Source: an uncultured Spirochaetota bacterium (GTDB lineage: Bacteria; Spirochaetota; Spirochaetia; SZUA-6; Fen-1364). Taken from it: 64,000 nt of DNA. The notes below the pieces were generated by a model. That model had not been told where the DNA came from. It searched no databases and saw only the letters and a program-made list of their open reading frames with translations. Location: assembly GCA_963753085.1 (NCBI GenBank), contig CAVWBF010000020.1, positions 66,999 to 130,998 of the forward strand. The letters are read 5' to 3'. Each line of letters begins with the position of its first letter. The stretch's first letter is position 1. Shown here piece after piece: positions 38,426-45,914 of the stretch. Both the position numbers and the translations under genes were made by a program.

Positions 38426-38845
38426 ATGCGCACACGAAACTCGCGGCACAACGGGCTGATGGCGGGGATCAACATCACTCCGTTCACGGACGTGGTGCTC
38501 GTCCTGCTGGTCATTTTCATGATCGCCACGCCCCTGATCATCCAGTCAGGGATGCGGGTGAACCTTCCTGCCACCAGCACGGCGGAGGCTCAACCGGAAA
38601 AGAGCATCGTGATCACCATCGACTCTTCGGGCGCGCTCTACCTGGGCAAGGAGCGCGTCATGCTGGATGAGCTTCGTCAGAAGCTCACCGGCATGCTCGC
38701 GCGGGCGCCTGGTTCCCCCGTCGTCGTGATGGGAGACCGGGGGATCCGCTACGACGTTGTCATCCGCGTGCTGGACATCGCGAAGTCAAGCGGCGCGCGA
38801 AGGATGTCTCTGGGAGTCGAGGTGCGGCGGGACCTCAACCAGTAG
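38426..38845 (+). CDS. exbD: ExbD/TolR-family protein
   Basis: 139 aa. GINITPFTDVVLVLLVIFMI TM segment with the conserved Asp, followed by a periplasmic domain. Confidence 0.88.
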   Translation: MRTRNSRHNGLMAGINITPFTDVVLVLLVIFMIATPLIIQSGMRVNLPATSTAEAQPEKSIVITIDSSGALYLGKERVMLDELRQKLTGMLARAPGSPVVVMGDRGIRYDVVIRVLDIAKSSGARRMSLGVEVRRDLNQ

Positions 38846-38862
38846 GTCCTGCGCTTTCTCAC

Positions 38863-40176
38863 TTACTTTTCGGGAATCGTGTCGGACGGCACTCGCAGCT
38901 CGTGGGGATCGAGCCCGATCTGGTTTTTTCTGGGCGCGGCCGGTTCGGGAGCCGGCGCCTTCCTGCGGCCGGTGGCGTTTTCTTTCAGCTCCTGGCTTCC
39001 CAGGTGGTCACGAGTGCGGAAATACCTGGCCCTCGACTCCAGCTGGCTGGGGTTCTCGATCGTCAACTGGCGGAACTGGAAACTGAGGTTTGCGTCATCC
39101 GTGAGGAGCTCGGCGAGCTTCTGCTGCTGGTCCGCGGGAACCCTCGCCATGCCCAGGATCTCTCCAATGCCCAGCGGGAGCGTCACGGGCTTCGTGCTGG
39201 AAAGGGATATCCTCTCCTCCAGAAGCTTGTTCTCCAGCAGGACGTACGAGCGCGTCATGGGGTTCGTGTAGAAGCTTGACTGCAGCCGTATGAAGGTGAA
39301 CCACAGCCGCTGGCTGATGGCAGTCAGGATCCTGGCAATCGTCACCGGGGATTTTTCAAACAGGGCAGGAAGGGATTCGCGGGCAACGGGGAGCAGCGCC
39401 GTCTCACCGATTGCCACGGCGGTGGCGTTGCGCGGCTTGCTGGAGACGATGGAAAGCTCGCCGAATATGTCGCCTTCCCTGAGGATTGACAGGAGCATCT
39501 CTTCCGGCGGAGTGATCTTGAGGATCTCCACCTTGCCGGACTTCACGATGTACAGCTCTTTTCCCGGCTCGTTCTCGCAGAACACCATCTGAGCGTCGCT
39601 GTACAGGCGGGCCAGACCGCGCTGCGTCGGTGTCTGGGTCTTCATCCCTTTTGCCCGCAGGTCGGTCACGATCTTCTGCGCGGCCCGCGAATTGGGCACC
39701 GAAGGGTAGAGCTCAAGGTGCATTTTCAGCGCATACAACGCGTGGGCCTCACGACCCACCTTCATGAAATACATCCCCAGCTCGAAGAGCCGCTGCTCGT
39801 CCGTCTGCTCCGCCTTGTCCGACGGCACGGCCACCATGTCGTCATACGCGCGAAGCTCGTCGGCGAAGTAGGAGATGACCCGGGTGGCGAGCTCGGGATT
39901 CGACTGCACGGACTCCAGGAACCGGTCGCGTCCCAGCACGGCGCAGATGCAATCCGTGCGGGCCACGACGGTCTCCATGCGAGGGCGCCGGCAGAGACAC
40001 GAGGTGAAGCCGAAGATGTCCCCGGGGCCGAGGGTCGTGCGGAATCTCTTCAGCTCGGGGAAACCCTCGAGCTCGACCTCTCCCTTTTCGATGACGAAGA
40101 CGTCCCCGCTCTCCTCCTCGGACTCGAGGTAGATGCGCGCGCCCTTCTTGTAGCTCTTCTTCGTCGATTCGCTCAC
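38863..40176 (-). CDS. Protein with two cyclic-nucleotide-binding domains
   Basis: GTG start at 40176. Domain 1 reads GDVFVIEKGEVELE..GPGDIFGF. Domain 2 reads GKELYIVKSGKVEI..EGDIFGELSIVSSKPRNATAVA (FGE...RxA phosphate-binding cassette). Confidence 0.8.
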   Translation of the reverse strand: MSESTKKSYKKGARIYLESEEESGDVFVIEKGEVELEGFPELKRFRTTLGPGDIFGFTSCLCRRPRMETVVARTDCICAVLGRDRFLESVQSNPELATRVISYFADELRAYDDMVAVPSDKAEQTDEQRLFELGMYFMKVGREAHALYALKMHLELYPSVPNSRAAQKIVTDLRAKGMKTQTPTQRGLARLYSDAQMVFCENEPGKELYIVKSGKVEILKITPPEEMLLSILREGDIFGELSIVSSKPRNATAVAIGETALLPVARESLPALFEKSPVTIARILTAISQRLWFTFIRLQSSFYTNPMTRSYVLLENKLLEERISLSSTKPVTLPLGIGEILGMARVPADQQQKLAELLTDDANLSFQFRQLTIENPSQLESRARYFRTRDHLGSQELKENATGRRKAPAPEPAAPRKNQIGLDPHELRVPSDTIPEK

Positions 40177-40185
40177 GGGGGTGGG

Positions 40186-40281
40186 CTACTTCTTCTTGCG
40201 CAGCCTGTTCTTTCCCTTCTTTCCGCGGCTCTTCTTGCGCATCTTCTCGCTCCACGTCCTGTTCCAACTGACTTTCGCCAT
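40186..40281 (-). CDS. 31-aa polybasic small protein (not in the ORF track)
   Basis: GAGGAGG lies 9 nt before ATG 40281. Encodes MAKVSWNRTWSEKMRKKSRGKKGKNRLRKKK, with TAG at 40188-40186. It ends 9 nt upstream of the cNMP-protein start codon. Confidence 0.5.
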   Translation of the reverse strand: MAKVSWNRTWSEKMRKKSRGKKGKNRLRKKK

Positions 40282-40314
40282 GCGTGCAGTCCTCCTCTTT
40301 TCAGTTCCTCCCAT

Positions 40315-40342
40315 ACTATACTGCGCTCGGCGTGCTGTGCAA
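40315..40342 (-). promoter_or_regulatory. Putative promoter for the small polybasic ORF / cNMP-protein transcript
   Basis: Minus strand reads TTGCAC (40342-40337), 16-nt spacer, TATAGT (40320-40315). Confidence 0.4.
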
Positions 40343-40345
40343 CTC

Positions 40346-40375
40346 TTGACAAAGCCCGGGCATCAAGGCTATAGG
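40346..40375 (+). promoter_or_regulatory. Putative promoter for tRNA-Glu (and possibly murC)
   Basis: Perfect TTGACA (40346-40351), 18-nt spacer, TATAGG (40370-40375). It lies about 45 nt upstream of the tRNA 5' end. Confidence 0.45.
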
Positions 40376-40419
40376 TGACCCGGCCGGAGCGCAGGGTCGA
40401 ACGGCGCGCCGGCAATCAG

Positions 40420-40491
<72 letters not shown>

Positions 40492-40585
40492 ACGGGCTGG
40501 GAACACGGCACACACTCTTGTGTTTCCAGCCCTGTTTTTAACCGGCCCCTGCATCCGCGTGCAAAGGCCGCCTGAGGAGGCACGA

Positions 40586-42031
40586 TTGGCCGAGCAGCTG
40601 CTTCTCCCTCGTTCCCTTGCCGGCTTCCGCGTTCACCTGGTCGGCATCAAGGGAACGGGGATGGCCGCTTTGGCTGAAATCCTCCAGGCCCGCGGCGCCC
40701 GCGTGACGGGCTCCGATACTCCGGAGACCTTCTACACGGACGCCGTCCTCCGCAGCCTTTCCATTCCCTTCACCGAGGGCTTTTCCCCGGACAACCTTCC
40801 CGAGGACACGCAGCTTCTCATCCACTCTGCCGCCTACCGGAGGGAAGACAACCCCGAAATGGCCGTCGCCGCTGAGCGAGCAATCCCCATGATTGCCTAC
40901 CCAGAGGCGCTCGGACAGCTTTCCTGCCTGTCCGACTCCAGCGGTGTCAGCGGCGTTCACGGGAAATCCACCACCACGGCGATGTGCGGCGTCATCCTCA
41001 AGGCCTGGGGGTTGCCGGCCACGGTCCTGGTGGGAGCGGAGGTGCCTGCGTTCGGGAACAGGTCCACCCTCCTGCAGGGGGATCGATACTTCGTCGCTGA
41101 GACCTGCGAATACCGCCGGCACTTCCTCAACTTTCATCCCGCGCGCATCCTCATTACGAGCGTGGAGCCGGACCACCTGGACTACTTCACCGGCCTGGAC
41201 GACCTTCAAAGCGCGTTCGAGGAATACGGCGCGCTTTTGCCGCACGGCGGGCAGCTTGTCTCCTGCGCGGATGAGCCGGGGGCCGCCTCCGTGACGGAGC
41301 GCATCCTCGCGCGACGGGACGACCTGCAGGGCGTCCCCTATGGCCGCAGCGCGCGCGGGGATTTTCGCGTCGTAGATGAGAGCCTGACGGAGGGCTGCAG
41401 CGGGTTTGCCCTTGCCGGCTGGCGGCAGAGCTTCAGCCTGAGGATCCCGGGGGCGCACACTGTCCTCAATGCGGCCGGTGCCCTGGCCTTGTGCAGCCTG
41501 CTCTGGAAAAAGGAACGTCCGAACGCGGATGTGGACATGGCAGCGGCGGCGGTCGCGCTGGCGGCCTTCAGCGGCAGCACGAGACGGAGTGAGATCGTCG
41601 GGGAGGCCGGGGGCATCCTCTTCATGGACGACTACGGGCATCACCCGACTGCCGTCCGGTCCACGCTGGAAGGGATCAAGCGCTTTCACCCCGGGCGCCG
41701 GCTCATTGTCGACTTCATGTCCCACACCTACTCGCGCACGCGGAGCCTGCTCCACGAGTTCGGGACCTGTTTCTCTTCCGCCGACATTGTGATCCTGCAC
41801 AGGATCTATGCCTCCGCGCGGGAGCCCAACGAGGGGGGGATATCGGGACGCGATTTGTTTTCAGAGGTGGCGCGCCATCACGGCAATGTCCGTTACTTCG
41901 AGGATCCGCACGAGGCCGCCCCCTTCCTGATGTCGGAGCTGAGGCCGGGCGACCTTTTCGTGACCATGGGCGCCGGGGACAACTGGAAGCTGGGACGGGA
42001 GATCCTGCGCTTCTTCGGGGCAAGACCGTGA
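40586..42031 (+). CDS. murC: UDP-N-acetylmuramate--L-alanine ligase
   Basis: TTG 40586 lies 5 nt after GAGGAGG (the track start GTG 40520 is an alternative). Motifs VHLVGIKGTGMAALAEIL and GVHGKSTTTAM. Confidence 0.88.
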   Translation: MAEQLLLPRSLAGFRVHLVGIKGTGMAALAEILQARGARVTGSDTPETFYTDAVLRSLSIPFTEGFSPDNLPEDTQLLIHSAAYRREDNPEMAVAAERAIPMIAYPEALGQLSCLSDSSGVSGVHGKSTTTAMCGVILKAWGLPATVLVGAEVPAFGNRSTLLQGDRYFVAETCEYRRHFLNFHPARILITSVEPDHLDYFTGLDDLQSAFEEYGALLPHGGQLVSCADEPGAASVTERILARRDDLQGVPYGRSARGDFRVVDESLTEGCSGFALAGWRQSFSLRIPGAHTVLNAAGALALCSLLWKKERPNADVDMAAAAVALAAFSGSTRRSEIVGEAGGILFMDDYGHHPTAVRSTLEGIKRFHPGRRLIVDFMSHTYSRTRSLLHEFGTCFSSADIVILHRIYASAREPNEGGISGRDLFSEVARHHGNVRYFEDPHEAAPFLMSELRPGDLFVTMGAGDNWKLGREILRFFGARP

Positions 42032-42047
42032 CACGCAGGAGCCCCCG

Positions 42048-42914
42048 ATGATCAGCATGACCGGATTCGGTCATGGCGAATCGCGTGACCCGAAGCTCCA
42101 GATGGTGCTGGAGATACGATCCTACAACAACAGGTTCCTGGAGCTTTCCTTAAATCTCCCGTACAGCCTCAAGCAGCTGGAGCCCCGGATCAGGGAGTTC
42201 CTCTCCGCCCGAATCCAGCGCGGGAAGGTGGAGCTCTACCTCTCTTCCATCGAGCTCGAGGAGGGGACCGAAGTCCTGGTGGACAACGGGCGCGTGCGCA
42301 GCTACATGGCGGCGCTCGAGCAGCTGCGCCGGACCATGGGCACCCGCGAGAAGCCTGGCCTCGCTCACCTGATCGGCCTTGACGGGGTCTTGAAGACAGT
42401 CAGCCGCAGGGACCCCGAATCTTCGTGGGCCGCGCTTCTGCCGCTGCTGGAAAAGGTCTTTGCGGGTTTCGACGCGTCTCGCGCCGCAGAGGGCGCGAAA
42501 ACTGAAGCAGACATTCGAAGGCTGGCCTCGGATATCAGGACGCAGCTTTCCATTATCGAAGGGAAGGTTCCCGAAATCGAGAAAAAGATCCGGGAAAGCC
42601 TGCGGGAGCGTTTCCGCGAGCTCCTGGACGAGGGGATCGACGAGTCGCGGATCCTCGCGGAAACGGCGGTGCTCCTGGTCCGGTTCGACATCAATGAAGA
42701 AGTCCAGCGGATGAAGGCTCACCTGGAGAGCCTTGCGGACGCGCTCGGCCAGAAGGGGCCCCAGGGCAAGAGGCTGGATTTCGTCTGCCAGGAGCTGGGG
42801 AGGGAGATCAACACGATCGGATCCAAGAGCGTCACCCTGGAGATCGACCAGGCCGTCATTGCCGTGAAGGACAGCCTGGAAAAAGTTCGGGAGCAGCTGC
42901 GAAATGTCGAGTGA
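42048..42914 (+). CDS. yicC: YicC-family stress-induced protein / endoribonuclease
   Basis: 288 aa. MISMTGFG start, YicC N-terminal region and DUF1732-like C-terminus (EINTIGSK). Confidence 0.85.
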   Translation: MISMTGFGHGESRDPKLQMVLEIRSYNNRFLELSLNLPYSLKQLEPRIREFLSARIQRGKVELYLSSIELEEGTEVLVDNGRVRSYMAALEQLRRTMGTREKPGLAHLIGLDGVLKTVSRRDPESSWAALLPLLEKVFAGFDASRAAEGAKTEADIRRLASDIRTQLSIIEGKVPEIEKKIRESLRERFRELLDEGIDESRILAETAVLLVRFDINEEVQRMKAHLESLADALGQKGPQGKRLDFVCQELGREINTIGSKSVTLEIDQAVIAVKDSLEKVREQLRNVE

Positions 42915-43464
42915 GGCACCGGCGGGACCCGACCCTGACCGCAGGATCGCCATCTCGGGCAAGAGCGGCTGCGGGAACACGACGGTTTCCCGGCTTGTCG
43001 CGGACAAGCTTGGCCTGCGCGTCATCAACTATACCTTCAAGAACCTCGCCCGTGACAGCGGCATGAGCTTCGAGGAGCTTGCCCTCCGGGCGGAGACCGA
43101 TCCCCAGTACGACCACACGATCGACCGCATGCAGGTGGATCTTGCGCGCCCGGGTGGGTGCGTCCTCGGATCGAGGCTGGCCATCTGGCTGCTTCGCGAC
43201 ACGGCGTTTACCGTCTACCTGACTGCAAGCCCCGAGACCCGCTCCGCGCGCATAGCCCACCGAGAGGGCGGGGATTACGCCGCGGTGCTTGCGCGCACGG
43301 CCGTTCGGGACAAGCGGGACCATGACCGCTACAAGCGCCTCTACGGGTATGACGTGGACCGCTATGACTTCGCGGCTCTCGTCGTGGATACAGAGAAGCT
43401 CAACGAGGACGAGGTGGCCCAGCGCATCGTTGATTTTGCGCGGCGCGAGAGGGGATTCCCTTGA
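42904..43464 (+). CDS. cmk: Archaeal-type cytidylate kinase-family P-loop kinase
   Basis: 186 aa. ISGKSGCGNTTV P-loop. Overall pattern matches (d)CMP kinase type 2 (EELALRAETDPQYDHTIDRMQ, VLGSRLA, RDHDRYKRLYGYD). The stop codon lies inside the first unit of the 25-bp repeat. Confidence 0.75.
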   Translation: MSSEAPAGPDPDRRIAISGKSGCGNTTVSRLVADKLGLRVINYTFKNLARDSGMSFEELALRAETDPQYDHTIDRMQVDLARPGGCVLGSRLAIWLLRDTAFTVYLTASPETRSARIAHREGGDYAAVLARTAVRDKRDHDRYKRLYGYDVDRYDFAALVVDTEKLNEDEVAQRIVDFARRERGFP

Positions 43465-43589
43465 CGCCACAACGTGGCGCTTCCCTTGACGCCACAACGT
43501 GGCGCTTCCCTTGACGCCACAACGTGGCGCTTCCCTTGACGCCACAACGTGGCGCTTCCCTTGACGCCACAACGTGGCGCTTCCCTTGA
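43456..43589. repeat. Perfect 25-bp head-to-tail tandem repeat, 5 full units plus a 9-nt partial unit
   Basis: The unit is ttcccttgacgccacaacgtggcgc, at 43456, 43481, 43506, 43531 and 43556, with partial ttcccttga at 43581-43589. Each unit contains CGCCAC-AAC-GTGGCG (6-bp arms) and a TTGAC motif. There are no spacers. Confidence 0.97.
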
Positions 43590-43622
43590 TCAAGATGCCG
43601 GGAAACTATATGCTGCGCCCAT

Positions 43623-43817
43623 ATGGTGTTACCGTTGGATCTCCTGGAGAGCTTCCAGGGCAATATCTACGAAATGACCTGCGCGGCAATGAAACGCAGT
43701 GTCCAGATCAACCTCGCCGGCGATGATGAGCTGGACGCGAACAAGGGCAAGATCGTTTCAACCGCCCTGAAGCAGATCCTCATGGAAAAAGTCCGCTACC
43801 GCCACCCGGATAGTTAG
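43623..43817 (+). CDS. rpoZ: DNA-directed RNA polymerase subunit omega
   Basis: 64 aa. NIYEMTCAAMKRSVQI corresponds to the conserved NRYxLvxxaakRArql helix of omega. It sits downstream of yicC and a nucleotide kinase. No SD precedes ATG 43623. Confidence 0.65.
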   Translation: MVLPLDLLESFQGNIYEMTCAAMKRSVQINLAGDDELDANKGKIVSTALKQILMEKVRYRHPDS

Positions 43818-43870
43818 AACCGCCCAGCCCGAACCAGCCCCTTTCATCGCCTGCATTCGCTTCCAGATCC

Positions 43871-44443
43871 CTAGAAAGAAATCCGTCCAACAGCCGTCGC
43901 GACAACCTTGATTCCAAGAAGGACTTCCGTCCTGTCGCTCGCCTGCGCGGCATTCATGATCACGCGTGACGAAACGGCAATGTCCCCCGAAGCCCCGCGC
44001 CTCGCGGCTTCCTCTCGCGCCGCTGCTTCTGCTTCGCGAATCGCGATCTCGATGGATTCCTCTTTCCGTATGACGTGACTGTTGCGGGTGTTTCCAAAGA
44101 CGATGTACCCGTTGATTCCCTGAAGGGAGTATTGGGGCTTGATGACAACTTCACAGGTTGCCGTTATGTTCCCGAGGATGGCGCCCAGCGCATTGGCAAC
44201 ACCGGCGTTTTCCGGGATTACATATTTCGTGCCAAGGGCCCGCGCGACATCAGGAAGGAAGATGTGGATTGGCGCGCCAATGCCGACAAGAACGGCAGGC
44301 GTGTGGAAACCGAAGCGCAGGAAATCCTTCGTTGCCCCGTTACCGTTCTTCGCAATTTCCCAACTGTCCGAGATGAGTGTTTCCAGCCGGCTGATCCGGG
44401 TCAATCTCCGCGGAGTGAAGATATTTATCTCCCAGAAGGACAC
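43871..44443 (-). CDS. Hydantoinase/oxoprolinase-family protein, C-terminal part (separate frame; probable frameshift)
   Basis: Contains AVLVGIGAPIHIFLPDVARALGTKYVIPENAGVANALGAI, the usual C-terminal ASKHA segment of hydantoinase-A-like proteins. Its frame overlaps the upstream ORF by about 100 nt. Confidence 0.55.
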   Translation of the reverse strand: MSFWEINIFTPRRLTRISRLETLISDSWEIAKNGNGATKDFLRFGFHTPAVLVGIGAPIHIFLPDVARALGTKYVIPENAGVANALGAILGNITATCEVVIKPQYSLQGINGYIVFGNTRNSHVIRKEESIEIAIREAEAAAREEAARRGASGDIAVSSRVIMNAAQASDRTEVLLGIKVVATAVGRISF

Positions 44444-45890
44444 GGACGATGTTTGTATACAGTGTTTTCTTCACGGAATCGTAGACCATGTCCCCCAGGG
44501 CATCCGGAGACACATCGATGCAATGGGCAACGAAATCGGCACCCAGTCTTGCCGCCTCGACGTTGAACCGGACGAAGTCCCCCTTGATGTGCATGATGTC
44601 CGTCGGGGTAAGCCCGCAGCGCATCACCACCCCTTCCTCTTCCAGGCGATGCACATTCAGATTGTAGGCATCCGTTCCGGCTGCTTTCGCTGCCTCGATG
44701 AGACCGAGGGGCGCGCTTTTCAGTGCTTTGCTGAATGCAATTTCCTTCTTGCTGTAGCCGGGATTGTCCGAGATGTCCCTGACCAGGCAGAAGAACTCGT
44801 GCAGGAGCAGGGGATGCTTCTTTCCCGTGGCGACAAGTCGCTGCAGTTGCCCGACAAGAGACGGCCATTTCTCGGCGGCCACTGACAACGGAATCAAGCG
44901 GGTGGGCTGGAGCGACATCCTCCCGTTTCCATCGAACCTGACCGCGCTGTCGCCGCCCAGCCCGAAAGTATCCACGGCAAGCCCTCTGACAAACGTGCTC
45001 CATTTGCCGACCCTGATGCCGTCTCTTGCCTTCCGCGGCACCCCGTCCTGTATGATTGCGACGTCCGTCGTTGTGCCGCCCATATCGACGACAAGGCAAT
45101 CCCTTTCTTTCGCCAGCGCCAGGCCGCCCATGGCGCTGGCGGCAGGACCGCACAACAACGTTTCAACCGGTCGGTGAGTGGCGAACTTTTCCGACATCAT
45201 GCTCCCGTCGCTCCTGACAATGACAACGGGAGCGGCAATAGCTCTCTCCGTGAGGGCCTTCTTCGTGGCGTGCAGGAAGTCGGTGATCAGGGGAACGAGC
45301 CGCGCGTTGAGCAGAATGCTTGCGCCCCTCTTTATCGAGTTGAGATCGGAAAAAAGCTCGTGGCCGCAGATGACGGGTATGCCGTATTTCTCTGCTATCA
45401 AATCCCGGGCCCTGTTTTCCATCACCGCGCTGTTATCCATTGCGTCGAGGTCAACCACTCCAACGGCGCAGGCGTCTCGTATCCAGCCTTCACTTTTTGC
45501 AAGGAAAGAGCTCCACTCGGGTTCCCGGACAACTTCACCCTGGGAATCGCTCTTGCCCTCCAGGAAGAAGATCTCTTCCACGCTCGGCAGCCCGTAGTCG
45601 CGGCCGACCCATTCGACCACCCGCCTGTCGACGCCGATGAAGAGAAGCCTGGCTCGTCCGCCCTTGTTCTCCACGCATGCATTTGTCGCGAGCGTGGTCG
45701 AAAGGGCTATCAGCTCGGTCTTCTTGAGAAGGTCCGAAGGGAGCCCGTCAAGGGCATTTCCAATCCCCACTGACAGGTCGTCTTTCGTGGTCAGCGCCTT
45801 TGCGGAGGAGAGTATCCGGTGTGCGTCAAAATCATACATGACCGCATCGGTGTATGTTCCACCGGTGTCAATTCCAATTCCCGTTCTCAT
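44340..45890 (-). CDS. Hydantoinase/oxoprolinase-family (ASKHA fold) protein, N-terminal part
   Basis: MRTGIGIDTGGTYTDAVMYD (Hydant_A_N) and VVDMGGTTTDVAII. The last ~30 codons read like out-of-frame sequence, consistent with a frameshift between 44340 and 44473. Confidence 0.7.
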   Translation of the reverse strand: MRTGIGIDTGGTYTDAVMYDFDAHRILSSAKALTTKDDLSVGIGNALDGLPSDLLKKTELIALSTTLATNACVENKGGRARLLFIGVDRRVVEWVGRDYGLPSVEEIFFLEGKSDSQGEVVREPEWSSFLAKSEGWIRDACAVGVVDLDAMDNSAVMENRARDLIAEKYGIPVICGHELFSDLNSIKRGASILLNARLVPLITDFLHATKKALTERAIAAPVVIVRSDGSMMSEKFATHRPVETLLCGPAASAMGGLALAKERDCLVVDMGGTTTDVAIIQDGVPRKARDGIRVGKWSTFVRGLAVDTFGLGGDSAVRFDGNGRMSLQPTRLIPLSVAAEKWPSLVGQLQRLVATGKKHPLLLHEFFCLVRDISDNPGYSKKEIAFSKALKSAPLGLIEAAKAAGTDAYNLNVHRLEEEGVVMRCGLTPTDIMHIKGDFVRFNVEAARLGADFVAHCIDVSPDALGDMVYDSVKKTLYTNIVRVLLGDKYLHSAEIDPDQPAGNTHLGQLGNCEER

Positions 45891-45914
45891 GAGTCCCTGG
45901 CCCTGGAGGCGCTG

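Noticed and set aside
43456-43589. Possible CRISPR array, given identical short repeats each containing a palindrome.
   Set aside because: The 25-bp units are directly head-to-tail with no spacers, and no cas genes are nearby. It is a tandem repeat, not a CRISPR.
42856-43663. Minus-strand ORFs (245, 87 and 61 aa) with the repeating peptide GKRHVVASREAPRCGVKGSATLWRQ.
   Set aside because: They are a translation artefact of reading the 25-bp repeat in three phases (75-nt period). They also run antisense to the well-supported cmk gene.
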